Source of the DNA: Candidatus Woesearchaeota archaeon
Lineage (GTDB): Archaea; Nanobdellota; Nanobdellia; Woesearchaeales; SKIA01
Length of the DNA: 64,000 nucleotides
Reading direction: 5' to 3'
Assembly (NCBI GenBank): GCA_046704725.1
Contig: JBJKRI010000005.1
Location: 209,579 to 273,578, forward strand
A program made the position numbers and the translations under genes. The notes under the pieces were generated by a model, which did no database searches, was not told the DNA's origin, and saw only the letters and a list, made by a program, of their open reading frames with translations. The first letter of the stretch is position 1. The number at the start of each line of letters is the position of its first letter. Positions 1-11,523 of this stretch are shown one piece after another.

Positions 1-433
1 TGTACAAGGCGCGGAGCGCGCTGACGGGATTCCCGAAGGCCCGTCGCTGCTCTGTCATGTCCGGAGCCGGCTGGTCCGACCAGCGCGCGCGGTGCTCGGA
101 GGCGAGCTTGTGCCGCTGCTCGAAGAGCCCGTGCAATGCCGTGTCGATGCGCGCGACAACCGCATCGTCCGCGTCCCGGATGCGGTTCTCCATGATGGTC
201 TGCAGCCTGTCCGCGGAGATCCTGCGGAATCGCGGCCTCACTTGCTGTCCGGGAGTGATGTAGCCTGCGATGACGCCCAGGCGGGTCACCGCCCATCTGC
301 TCTTGGATGTCAGGTTTTCATAGAATAACTTGAAGTTCTGCGCCCCTCTTTCCGGGTCGTAGAGCTGCGGCGACGAAAGGCGTCCTAGGGTCTCTATGGC
401 GATGAATCTCGCAATCGCATCCTGGTCTGTCAT
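1..433 (-). CDS. hypothetical protein, partial (runs off window start)
   Basis: ATG at 433 (MTDQDAIARFIAIETLG...) opens a frame with no stop before position 1; AT-rich TATA-like region at 455-470. Confidence 0.55.
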   Translation of the reverse strand, partial: MTDQDAIARFIAIETLGRLSSPQLYDPERGAQNFKLFYENLTSKSRWAVTRLGVIAGYITPGQQVRPRFRRISADRLQTIMENRIRDADDAVVARIDTALHGLFEQRHKLASEHRARWSDQPAPDMTEQRRAFGNPVSALRALY

Positions 434-529
434 CCAATCGCAAGAATTTCGTCGTTTATAAATATAGTTGTTACTTCTCTGTGAGTACAATTCGCAATAT
501 TTATATATCATCGTCACTATTCAGTAGGT

Positions 530-997
530 ATGAGATACGGTCTTGTGGGGATTGCTCTGCTCTGCTTCCTCTGCGGCATGCTCACCCCATCTCTCATCCA
601 CACGACGCAGATCCCGAGCTCGACGATCGCTCCGGAACGGGCGTCCCCACAGGACTGGGTCTCCGAATCCAACATCCACGTCTACAGCGACAAGGTCGTC
701 ATTACCATCCCGAACGCGAAATGGGCGACGTTTGCCAATACGAACAGCATGGACCCCGTGCTCGACCAGGGCAACTATGGCATCCAGATCGTGCCGACGA
801 GCCCCGAACAGCTGAAGGTCGGGGACATCATCACATACAATTATCACGGAGAGCACATCATCCACCGCATCGTGCAGATCGGACAGGATGCCAACGGCTA
901 CTACTTCATCGTCAAGGGCGACAACAACCCAGCGCCAGACCCCCAGCCCGTGCGCTGGAGCCAGGTCGAGCGCGTATTGGTCGCAGTGGTGTACTGA
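530..997 (+). CDS. signal peptidase I, archaeal Sec11/S26 family
   Basis: N-terminal TM, NSMDP catalytic Ser, GDII, IIHRI catalytic His, KGDNN. Confidence 0.9.
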   Translation: MRYGLVGIALLCFLCGMLTPSLIHTTQIPSSTIAPERASPQDWVSESNIHVYSDKVVITIPNAKWATFANTNSMDPVLDQGNYGIQIVPTSPEQLKVGDIITYNYHGEHIIHRIVQIGQDANGYYFIVKGDNNPAPDPQPVRWSQVERVLVAVVY

Positions 998-998
998 C

Positions 999-1421
999 AT
1001 GCTCGTCGGTCATCCCTTGGCGCTACGCCTTAGAGAGTCCCTCGGAGAGTCCGAGCCGAATATCGCTGTAGTAGTCGACGATGTTCTCGGACGGCCACAA
1101 TCGAGCTTGCGTTATCACGTCAGACGGAAAGGCACGGAACTCGCCTACGGCAGCGTCGAGGAGCACGCAGGACATGTTACCCTCTCAGTAGCCATCCTGG
1201 ACCGACGGATATTGTATGACATCATCCGCGGCGTGAAGGCCTATGTCCAAGACAGGAACGACGAACGTTCCGATGAGGAGAGATACGACGATATCTACCT
1301 GCGAGCGATAAGCGATCCGTCGTATCCTACGGATACGGTGCTGAGCAAGTTGGCACGGACAGGGAGTCTCCGGACCCAGGATGAGAAATACATCGTCCGC
1401 GTGAACCTTCTCAGAGGATAG
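999..1421 (+). CDS. hypothetical protein
   Basis: ATG 1 nt after the signal peptidase stop; natural-looking 140-aa ORF. Confidence 0.6.
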   Translation: MLVGHPLALRLRESLGESEPNIAVVVDDVLGRPQSSLRYHVRRKGTELAYGSVEEHAGHVTLSVAILDRRILYDIIRGVKAYVQDRNDERSDEERYDDIYLRAISDPSYPTDTVLSKLARTGSLRTQDEKYIVRVNLLRG

Positions 1422-1452
1422 TTATAAAAGGCCGCGTTCCAGCCCGCATGCC

Positions 1453-2355
1453 ATGGACCTGACGAAAGAGGACATCGAAGCGTACAAGAAAGCCGGCAGC
1501 ATCGTCAAAGAAGCGCTGGCCTACGGCAAGGGACTCGTCAAGCCCGGAAAGAACATGCTCGAGACGCTCCTTCTGATCGAGAAGAAGATACGCGAGCTCG
1601 GCGGAGAACCGGCGTTCCCGGCGCAAGTGAGCATCGACAACATCGCCGCGCACTGGTGCCCGGACCCCGGGAGCGAAGCCGTCTTCGAGGAAGGACAGCT
1701 CGTCAAGCTCGACATCGGCGTGCACATCGACGGACGCATCGCGGACACCGCGGTCAGCATCGACCTGTCCAAAGACGGCAAGCACGCAGCCCTCATCAAG
1801 GCCGCCGAGGACGCGCGGGACGCCGCCTTGAAGATCATGCGCCCGGGAACCACGCTCGGAGAGATCGGCAGGGTCATCCAGGACACGATCACCGCAGCGG
1901 GATTCTCACCCATACTCAACCTCTCGGGGCATGGATTAGGCGACTATGACGTGCACACCGAGCCCGGCATACCCAACTTCGACACGGGAGACGCGACGGA
2001 ACTCGAAGAAGGCATGGTCGTCGCCGTCGAGCCGTTCGCCACGACAGGCAACGGTAAGGTCTATGAACAGGACGAAGGCAACATCTACAGCCTCCTGCAA
2101 CGACGACCCGTGCGCAGTCCCTACGCGCGAAACGCATTGCGCATCATCGAGAAGAACTACTCCACACTGCCGTTCTGCCTGCACTGGCTCGCCAGCGAGA
2201 TGGGGGTCGGCCAGGCGAAGCTCGCGATGCGAGAGCTCATCCGTGCGGAAGCCGTGCAGGTCTATCCGCCCCTCCCCGAAGCCGGTGGCGGTATCGTCAG
2301 CCAGGCCGAGCACAGCGTCATCATCCTGCCGGAACCCATCGTGTTCACGCGATGA
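1453..2355 (+). CDS. map: methionine aminopeptidase type II
   Basis: AFP...AAH, KLDIGVHIDGRIADTA, NLSGH, AVEPF, QAEHS motifs. Confidence 0.96.
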   Translation: MDLTKEDIEAYKKAGSIVKEALAYGKGLVKPGKNMLETLLLIEKKIRELGGEPAFPAQVSIDNIAAHWCPDPGSEAVFEEGQLVKLDIGVHIDGRIADTAVSIDLSKDGKHAALIKAAEDARDAALKIMRPGTTLGEIGRVIQDTITAAGFSPILNLSGHGLGDYDVHTEPGIPNFDTGDATELEEGMVVAVEPFATTGNGKVYEQDEGNIYSLLQRRPVRSPYARNALRIIEKNYSTLPFCLHWLASEMGVGQAKLAMRELIRAEAVQVYPPLPEAGGGIVSQAEHSVIILPEPIVFTR

Positions 2356-2368
2356 ATCATCACGAACA

Positions 2369-2764
2369 TCATCCTTGTGCTAGGAGCGCCGCTGGTTCTG
2401 GGGCTGTACGCTCGGTTCTCCACGCATACACAGCACTGATGACCTGCCCAAGCATGCCCAACTGAGGTTGGCCGCATTTCTCTCTTGCTCCCTCCAGAAC
2501 ACAAAGTAAGCTATCTAACCCGGACTGGTCATTGTCGGCAGGTTCCTCGTCCTGCCAATGCGCGCGAAGCTGTTCTTTACGGACGATGTATGTCTGCACG
2601 TGATTATCCGTGAAGACATCGACTGTGATCGGATCGACGACCGCGCCACCGCGCGGAAGATACGAAAACAACTGTATCCTGGCCCTAGGGGTCTCGATAG
2701 CTAGACCGCACGTGTATGCGCTTCTCTCGTCCGCGCAGACGACAATGTCATCGATTTGTGCCAT
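2369..2764 (-). CDS. hypothetical protein
   Basis: 131-aa ORF starting 3 nt after the hisS stop on the same strand. Confidence 0.45.
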   Translation of the reverse strand: MAQIDDIVVCADERSAYTCGLAIETPRARIQLFSYLPRGGAVVDPITVDVFTDNHVQTYIVRKEQLRAHWQDEEPADNDQSGLDSLLCVLEGAREKCGQPQLGMLGQVISAVYAWRTERTAPEPAALLAQG

Positions 2765-2766
2765 GT

Positions 2767-4035
2767 TCAGGAGAAATGCGAGAGGTCGAGTGAATCGAGC
2801 TCCTCGAGCGTGAGCTTGTGCTCCTCGCCCGTGGGCATGTGCTTGAGGGTCACCTTGCCCTCCTTGAGGTCGGTCGGGCCGACCACGAGGACGAACGGGA
2901 TACCGAGCTTGTCGGCGTAATCGAGGTTCTTGCTGATGGAGCGACCCATGACATCGAGGTCCACGTTGATGCCGTGGCCGCGGAGCTTGTCGGCGATCTG
3001 GGCGGCCTCGCGCGGCGTCTTGATGGGAGCGACGAAGACCTGCGTCGGCGTCTTGTCGAAGCGCTGCTTCTCGGCGAGCAAGGCGTCCGTCAACGGTTCG
3101 ATGCCCAAAGAGATGCCTACTGCCGGCACTTTGGCGTCGCCGCCCATCATCTGGCCGATGATATCGTCGTAGCGGCCGCCGCCAGCGACGCTGCTGGAGA
3201 TCTCCGAGTCGAGGAGCACCGCTTCGAAGACGGTGCCGGTATAGTAGTTGAGTCCGCGCGCGAGGGACGGGTCGAAACGCACATGGGCGACATCCCCCAG
3301 ATAGGAGAGCAACTCACGCATCTCGGTGATGCCATCGCACTGGCCGGTGAGGTCCTCGATGGTCTTGAGCCGCCCGTTATCCGTGCCGTTGGTCAGCAAT
3401 ATCTCTAAGAGCTTGTCGACCTGCTCTTTCGAGCAGAAACCGGAGAGCTCCTCGCGCACCTTCTTCTCGCCCTGCTTATCGAGCTTGTCGATGGTCATCA
3501 TGGCCTTGTGACCTTCCTTGATGCCCAAGGTGGAGAAGATGGCATCGAGTATCTTGCGGTTGTTCACCCGCACCTCGAAGCCGAAGGGCAATCTGGAGAG
3601 CACGTCCACGACAACCTTGACGCACTCAGCGTCGGCGAGCATGGAGGGGGAGCCGACGATGTCGGCGTCGCACTGCCAGAACTCTCGGTAACGGCCGAGC
3701 TTGATGGGACCGTCGCGCCAGACCCTGCCGATCTCGTAGCGCTTGAACGGCAGCTTGAGGTCCTTGTGCTCCGCGATGAAACGGCACAGAGGCACGGTCA
3801 GGTCGAAACGCAATCCCAGCTCCCGCTTGCCCTGGTCGGTGACGCGGAATATCTCGTGCATGACATCCTCGTCACCGGCGAACTTGAAGGTGAGGGTCTC
3901 AACGCGTTGCAGAGCGCCTGATGCGAACGGGGAGAAACCGTGGCGCTCGAAAGCCGCGCGCGCTTTCCCCAGAAGGTCCTGCCGGATGAGCTGCACCTCA
4001 GGAGCAAAATCCCTGACCCCTTTTGCGGATTCCAT
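2767..4035 (-). CDS. hisS: histidine--tRNA ligase
   Basis: KGVRD, LRFDLTVP, GRYREFWQCD, ARGLNYYTG, GGGRYD, C-terminal anticodon-binding domain. Confidence 0.97.
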   Translation of the reverse strand: MESAKGVRDFAPEVQLIRQDLLGKARAAFERHGFSPFASGALQRVETLTFKFAGDEDVMHEIFRVTDQGKRELGLRFDLTVPLCRFIAEHKDLKLPFKRYEIGRVWRDGPIKLGRYREFWQCDADIVGSPSMLADAECVKVVVDVLSRLPFGFEVRVNNRKILDAIFSTLGIKEGHKAMMTIDKLDKQGEKKVREELSGFCSKEQVDKLLEILLTNGTDNGRLKTIEDLTGQCDGITEMRELLSYLGDVAHVRFDPSLARGLNYYTGTVFEAVLLDSEISSSVAGGGRYDDIIGQMMGGDAKVPAVGISLGIEPLTDALLAEKQRFDKTPTQVFVAPIKTPREAAQIADKLRGHGINVDLDVMGRSISKNLDYADKLGIPFVLVVGPTDLKEGKVTLKHMPTGEEHKLTLEELDSLDLSHFS

Positions 4036-4063
4036 CGTGAAGGAGTGACCGAGGGAAGGCGAT

Positions 4064-4660
4064 TTATAAGCGTTTGCTGTGCTTTCCCGTATCTTTGTGC
4101 TTGTAACGGCCGCGCAGCTCGACCTGCTCGAGACGCTCGCGGACCGCGTCGTCCTTGCCGTAGCCTTCGAGCACAGCGTCCCAGACCGCTAGTTCGGGAT
4201 GCTTGGAGGACAATGCGTGCATGAGCAGGTGCAGGTCGACGGCCTTGTCCTCGACATCCTCCGAGAAGAACGACAACCCGAAGTCGATGAGACGGAGCTT
4301 GCCATCGACGAGGAGCACGTTGCTCGTGGTCAGGTCGCCATGGATGATTCCCTGGTCATGCAAGGATCGCACGAGCGCTCCCAACTCTTTTCCGAATCGC
4401 TCCGTATTGTCCTTGTCGAGCACGTCGCGCAGCTGCGGCCCCTCGAGGAAGTCCATCTCGACGACCATATTCTTGTCGTCCATCCTCCGCAGACCGGGAA
4501 CACCGACCTTGGAGAGGACCTTCGCCTCGCGGCGGGTGCGGAAACGGCGCAGACGATGATCGAGGTCGGGGTGGCGGTACTGCTTTTCGGGACGCACCTT
4601 GCGCACGATGCTACCATCGCGTTCGATGCGGGCCTCCGCCCCCTCCCCGATGACCTTCAC
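4064..4660 (-). CDS. bud32: KEOPS complex kinase Bud32
   Basis: GEGAEA, KQYRHPDLD, RTRREAK, HGDLTTSN, IDFGL, EDKAVDL, RGRY. Confidence 0.95.
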   Translation of the reverse strand: MKVIGEGAEARIERDGSIVRKVRPEKQYRHPDLDHRLRRFRTRREAKVLSKVGVPGLRRMDDKNMVVEMDFLEGPQLRDVLDKDNTERFGKELGALVRSLHDQGIIHGDLTTSNVLLVDGKLRLIDFGLSFFSEDVEDKAVDLHLLMHALSSKHPELAVWDAVLEGYGKDDAVRERLEQVELRGRYKHKDTGKHSKRL

Positions 4661-5418
4661 TCCTCCTCGTCCTCTTCCTTTTCAGGCTTGGTTGATGCCT
4701 TCTTGGGCTTGGGGGAATCGTCCTTCTCGGCGGCGAGGGCCTCGTCGAGCTCGTCCTTGAGGGACTGCAACCCCTCCGCCGGAGCGTGCACCACCTTCTC
4801 GCGCTTGGGACGCTCGGTGTACTGCGTCTCCTCGACCTCTGCCTCCTCCTCGGAATCGCCCTGGGTGTAGCGCAATGCACGCACGTCCACCGAACGGATG
4901 GGGAAGATAGCGGACAGCTGGTCCTTCAGATGTTTTTGCAAACGCATGTTCGCCACGTCGTTGACGATCGTGTCGAACGAATACTTGGAGAGGGATTCCG
5001 CTATGAGGGTTCTGGCCTTGGAGCGCACGGCGCGCTGGACGGCGTCATCAGCGCGTGTCCGGGTCATGGCGATGAGCTTGACGCGCACACGCTGGCCCTT
5101 CTTGGTCTTCGACTCGAAACTGTCGGCGACCTTGCTGCGGCCCCTGCGCACGAGGCGCTTGAGGCTGCCCGGCTGCATCTCGATGCCGATGGTCTTGGTC
5201 TTCGCCACGCCTTCTGCGACGTTCGTGATCGCGAAATGCACGGCCATGCTCTGCTTCTTGGGATTGCCCGTCAGCGTCATGAGGTTCACGCTGACTATGC
5301 GTCCCGGCAACGCTTCGTCCTCCCAGACGTAGGTCTGGCCGAGGGATTGGTTGTTGAACACGGCAGGAGCCTGGATGTCGTACCAGCGCTTCTTGCCCTT
5401 ATGGATCTTCTTCGCCAT
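4657..5418 (-). CDS. rps3ae: 30S ribosomal protein S3Ae (eS1) with charged C-terminal extension
   Basis: KKRWYDIQAPAVF, GRIVSVNL, RLVRRGRSKV, IFPIRSV. Confidence 0.9.
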   Translation of the reverse strand: MAKKIHKGKKRWYDIQAPAVFNNQSLGQTYVWEDEALPGRIVSVNLMTLTGNPKKQSMAVHFAITNVAEGVAKTKTIGIEMQPGSLKRLVRRGRSKVADSFESKTKKGQRVRVKLIAMTRTRADDAVQRAVRSKARTLIAESLSKYSFDTIVNDVANMRLQKHLKDQLSAIFPIRSVDVRALRYTQGDSEEEAEVEETQYTERPKREKVVHAPAEGLQSLKDELDEALAAEKDDSPKPKKASTKPEKEEDEEE

Positions 5419-5562
5419 TGGTTTTCCTCCGGGTCCCCCATCGCTGGTAGGCATCTGCGGCCGTCTTACGGACCCGTAACGGGGCGAATCGAACGGGGTT
5501 TAAAAGCTCTCCGTCCTGCATTCCTTCCGACCGCTTATAAACAATGATTGATTGGGACTCTC

Positions 5563-6378
5563 ATGGACATACCGACGAAACGACTCTCCACAGGAAGCGA
5601 CATGCCGATCCTTGGATTAGGGACGTGGCAATTGACCGGGGAGACAGGCGTAGAGGCGGTGCGGACCGCGCTGGGCCTCGGCTTCACGCTCATCGATACC
5701 GCGGAGATGTACGGCAACCAGAAAGAGATAGGAAAGGCGATCGCCGATACCGATCGAAACTCTCTGTTCATCACCAGCAAGGTCTGGCACAGCCACCTGC
5801 ACCACGATGACGTGCTCTCCGCTTGCGACAGGACGCTGAAGGAATTGGGCACGGACCACCTGGACCTGTACCTCGTCCACTGGCCGAACGCAGCAGTACC
5901 GATGGAAGAGACCTTCCAAGCGCTCAAGGAACTCGTCGACGCGGGGAAGGTCAAGAATGTCGGGGTGGCGAACTTCACGGTCGAACGATTGAAGAAGGCC
6001 CGAGACATCGCGAAGATTCCGATCACGGTCAACCAGGTGGAATACCATCCCTTCCTGCAGCAGCGGAAGCTGCTGGCGTACTGCGAAGAGCACGATATCG
6101 CGTTGACCGCGTACAGCCCGCTCGCCCGCGGGAAGGTCCTGCATGATGGGACGCTCTTGCGCATCGGAAAAAAGCATGGTGTTGATGCAGCGCAGGTCAC
6201 GCTCGCCTGGCTGCGCCAGCGAGGCATCATCGCGATACCCAAGGCGTCGAGCGAAGCGCACCTCCAGGACAATCTGGCGTCGCTGTCGGTGGAGCTGGAT
6301 GACGCGGACATGGAAGCGATCGCCGTGTTGGATGCGCACGACCGGCTCGTGCGCCCCGGCTTCGCGGAATTCGACTAG
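5563..6378 (+). CDS. aldo/keto reductase
   Basis: LGLGTW, IDTAEMYGN, DLYLVHWP, NQVEYHP, AYSPLARG, IPK. Confidence 0.95.
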   Translation: MDIPTKRLSTGSDMPILGLGTWQLTGETGVEAVRTALGLGFTLIDTAEMYGNQKEIGKAIADTDRNSLFITSKVWHSHLHHDDVLSACDRTLKELGTDHLDLYLVHWPNAAVPMEETFQALKELVDAGKVKNVGVANFTVERLKKARDIAKIPITVNQVEYHPFLQQRKLLAYCEEHDIALTAYSPLARGKVLHDGTLLRIGKKHGVDAAQVTLAWLRQRGIIAIPKASSEAHLQDNLASLSVELDDADMEAIAVLDAHDRLVRPGFAEFD

Positions 6379-6444
6379 AACTTTTCGGCGCGGACGAAAA
6401 AATCGCAAGGATTAAAAAGGCAATTTCGGAAGAAACGATGCATA

Positions 6445-6855
6445 ATGAATGCACGCGCTCTGGGCGGGAGTGAGAGGTACTTCCTCAATGCGCGCATTCG
6501 TACATTCTTGTCGGACTCCATCGGCGCGATATTCCCTGACCGGGCGTTCATTCTCCCGAGAAACGTGTCTGGTGCGTCGATCATCACGCGCGGCAGCACC
6601 CTCATCACCTCTCCGGAGTACAAAACAATTCTGTCGGACGATCACTTCGGCAGATGGGGCGCGGTCGGATGGGAATACTCGCTGAAGACAGGTGTCTGGC
6701 GGTACAGGGGGAATCCTGTGTGCCTCGAGAACGCAAGATGGTATTCCGGGGGAAACGCAAAGGATCTGGCAGATTTCCTCGACAAGTCGCGCTTAGCACG
6801 GCTCGTCAACGTCCAGGAACCACCACGCCCCGCAACCAAACCGTACGCGGCGTGA
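6445..6855 (+). CDS. hypothetical protein
   Basis: 136-aa ORF filling the gap between the AKR gene and gyrB; TATA-like ATTAAAA upstream. Confidence 0.55.
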   Translation: MNARALGGSERYFLNARIRTFLSDSIGAIFPDRAFILPRNVSGASIITRGSTLITSPEYKTILSDDHFGRWGAVGWEYSLKTGVWRYRGNPVCLENARWYSGGNAKDLADFLDKSRLARLVNVQEPPRPATKPYAA

Positions 6856-6858
6856 ATC

Positions 6859-8823
<1,965 letters not shown>

Positions 8824-8902
8824 TTATTCCGGCATTTCAGGAGAGGTGTTGGGTGGCAACTGAATCCTTAAATAGTACTTGGCTCTCCTCACAAGTGGTC
8901 AC

Positions 8903-10279
8903 ATGGTGCTAAAGTACGGTGGATACACGTTCGACACGATCGATACCGACAGCGCCGTCCTGAAGCATCCAGGATTCCGCAGGCAATTCCAGATCATGCA
9001 GCTGGGACAGATTGAAGCTATCCATTCCGGCGCAACGCAGATGCGCTATGATCATGGCGAAGTATCTTCGTACATTGATTATCATATGTATATGGTTCTC
9101 GCGTCCAAAGGTCGTGAACCTCCTGTGGCAAGAAATGATTCTGTGCTCCATACGCGAGTGCATGATATCGGTCACATGACCTACTCCCATCTTACGGAAT
9201 ACTTAATCAAGGCGCGCACAGGTATCGATCACCATGAAAACGGTGTGCGTATCCTTACTTCACACCTTCGGGACAGCAGGGGACGAACCTTACTCGATGC
9301 GATAGAGAGCGATGGCGGAAGCCCTGACATCGTGCTGGCGATGATGCGTGGAGACCCTGCATACCTTTCCGCGACGGATCTCTGTCGCAACAAAGCCCTG
9401 GGTGCTGATAAGCTCGCATACACCTGGCAGGATGCACTGCGAGTGAATTTCGACCAGTTGCCTCCAAGCTGGGAAAAGCTCATCACATCTCTGACCTTCG
9501 TCGACTCCGGTCTGGGCGTAGATATCAACTCGCACGACGGTCGCTTCAACGATCCAATCGGCGTTGTGGAAGCGATGCAGAATTTCTATCAGCGCATGTA
9601 CACGGAGGTATACCTCCATCCAGCAAGTCTCTCGCTGGAACGGAGCATCCAACGCGCTCTCGAGCACTCGATGAACGGGGGCGCATTCACCCCACTCGAA
9701 GTCCTCGACTTCACCGACGGTGCGCTCATAAATCGAATCAAAGACGCGGAGGTAGCGAATGACCACATCCGTCAGGCGCACCACCACATTAGCGCATACA
9801 TCGAACGTTCTCCTTGGGAGAGCGTGGTCGCGTTCAAATTGGATGTCCGGTCGAAGCTCCGCGAAGAGGCAGCATTTGAGATTGACCCTGGATTCAAGAC
9901 CCAGTTCCTGAATCGTTTCCAAGATCCGCAAGAGCTCACGAGACTTGAAGAGAGACTCTCAAGCGAGCTCAAACACGAGGTCCTTATCTCGGTATTGCCG
10001 GATCCGGAAAAGGTCTACCCGATAGACATTCCGCTCTACGCGGGAGCGAGGATGGTGGATACGCTCCAGAATCTCGATCCATCGCACTTCGACCGTCTCA
10101 ACTCCCAGGCGAACCGCACTTTTGCTATCCGAGTGCTCACACACCCAGGCACGCACGAGCAGATGCTGAATCGTGCCGATGAGATCGCAGAGAAGTTCAA
10201 CGGGGTGGCCCGAGAATTCATGGAACAGACCGAACTGAAACTGCCGCCTGCGAAGGGAACTGCCTCAACTATCCGATAG
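8903..10279 (+). CDS. HD-superfamily phosphohydrolase (dNTP triphosphohydrolase-like)
   Basis: QLG...RYDH, VHDIGH..YSH, HE, ADK.AY..D, MYTEVYLHP pattern. Confidence 0.75.
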   Translation: MVLKYGGYTFDTIDTDSAVLKHPGFRRQFQIMQLGQIEAIHSGATQMRYDHGEVSSYIDYHMYMVLASKGREPPVARNDSVLHTRVHDIGHMTYSHLTEYLIKARTGIDHHENGVRILTSHLRDSRGRTLLDAIESDGGSPDIVLAMMRGDPAYLSATDLCRNKALGADKLAYTWQDALRVNFDQLPPSWEKLITSLTFVDSGLGVDINSHDGRFNDPIGVVEAMQNFYQRMYTEVYLHPASLSLERSIQRALEHSMNGGAFTPLEVLDFTDGALINRIKDAEVANDHIRQAHHHISAYIERSPWESVVAFKLDVRSKLREEAAFEIDPGFKTQFLNRFQDPQELTRLEERLSSELKHEVLISVLPDPEKVYPIDIPLYAGARMVDTLQNLDPSHFDRLNSQANRTFAIRVLTHPGTHEQMLNRADEIAEKFNGVAREFMEQTELKLPPAKGTASTIR

Positions 10280-10547
10280 CGCGGCGGACGTCGACCGTCT
10301 CGCAGCTCATGACGCCGTCGAGCGCCTCGATCTCCTTCTCGAGAGAATCAGGGGAACCGAGGTTCTCGTCCATGACGAACGTGATCTTCAATGCCTTCAA
10401 GCCGAAGGCGACAGGCTCGACCTCGGAACGCGTCTCTCCCTTGCCGGCGAACGACGCGATACGCTCGATGGCCTGGTCGCGAAGCGCGTCCAGGTCGGCC
10501 TCGACCTGGTCGGGCATAATCTTGACGGTGACGACGGCGTTTGCCAT
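10269..10547 (-). CDS. ef1b: elongation factor 1-beta
   Basis: VKIMP, EPVAFGLKAL, 92 aa. Confidence 0.92.
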   Translation of the reverse strand: MANAVVTVKIMPDQVEADLDALRDQAIERIASFAGKGETRSEVEPVAFGLKALKITFVMDENLGSPDSLEKEIEALDGVMSCETVDVRRAIG

Positions 10548-10642
10548 GCTTTCCGCAAACCGGGGGCTCTTTAAGAACATACCGTTTTCTGCATGGAACC
10601 TTCTTGCACAGGGTTTTAGAAGCGCGAACGCATAGGGCACCT

Positions 10643-11344
10643 ATGCTCGGACACACGTATATCGACCGTGGGACGGAAAAGACCGTCGTGCTCCTGCATG
10701 GTATCGCGTCGGACCGTACGCAATTGCGGAGATTCTGGGACCTGCCCTACAACATCCTGGCTGTGGACCTGTTCAACGAAGGCACGCGCCTGGAACGCGT
10801 GCGTCCCGACATCGAGGAGTTGCTGGCGCTCCACCACGTGGAACGATTCGTGCTCGTGGGCTACAGCCTCGGAGGGTACGTCGCGCAATACTTGCTGGTC
10901 AAGGGCATGCGGCCCGAAGCGGTGGTGCTCATCGCCGCAGGGGTGCGGCTGCCGCACGGACGGCTCATGCACAACATCGAATCGCTCAACACGGCGTCGC
11001 CGGATCGGACGCAGCGAGCGCTCGCGCGCATCATCACGTGGTACCGGTCGGTGCGCGGCGAGCCGCCCGAAAGACCTCCGACGCCCGAGGATATCCAATC
11101 GACTCTCTCGTTCCTGTCCGCGCTGGACGAGCACGACTTCGGGAAGGAGCTGGAAGGATTGTCCGTGCTCACGCTCGTCCTGCAAGGGAGCGGGGATTGG
11201 GTCGTTCCGGCATCGCTCGCCAGGCCGTTGGCGAAGACGCTCCAAAAAGCGCGCTACGTGGAATGGAAGACGGACCACAGCACCGTGATAGATGATCCTC
11301 GCTCGACGCGACTGCTCAGAGAATTCCTCAGTTCGGCCCCGTGA
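10643..11344 (+). CDS. alpha/beta hydrolase
   Basis: LLHG, GYSLGG nucleophile elbow, GSGDWVVP, DH. Confidence 0.85.
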   Translation: MLGHTYIDRGTEKTVVLLHGIASDRTQLRRFWDLPYNILAVDLFNEGTRLERVRPDIEELLALHHVERFVLVGYSLGGYVAQYLLVKGMRPEAVVLIAAGVRLPHGRLMHNIESLNTASPDRTQRALARIITWYRSVRGEPPERPPTPEDIQSTLSFLSALDEHDFGKELEGLSVLTLVLQGSGDWVVPASLARPLAKTLQKARYVEWKTDHSTVIDDPRSTRLLREFLSSAP

Positions 11345-11492
11345 AACCGCACTTGGAGCACGTGTAGCGCACGACGATCTCGCGGCTGTGCCGGGAGCGC
11401 ACAATCGTCTCCTCGCCGCAGTCCGGGCAGGGGAACTGGACAGAGCCCGCGTCGTTCGCGACGCTCTGGTTCGAAGCGTTATCCATCTTCAT
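11328..11492 (-). CDS. Zn-ribbon RNA-binding protein (DUF1610/HVO_2753 family)
   Basis: FPCPDCGE..I.R and YTCSKCGFTGP; lies near aEF-1beta. Confidence 0.85.
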   Translation of the reverse strand: MKMDNASNQSVANDAGSVQFPCPDCGEETIVRSRHSREIVVRYTCSKCGFTGPN

Positions 11493-11523
11493 ACGGGACG
11501 CGAACGGCCTTGCCTTTATAAGG

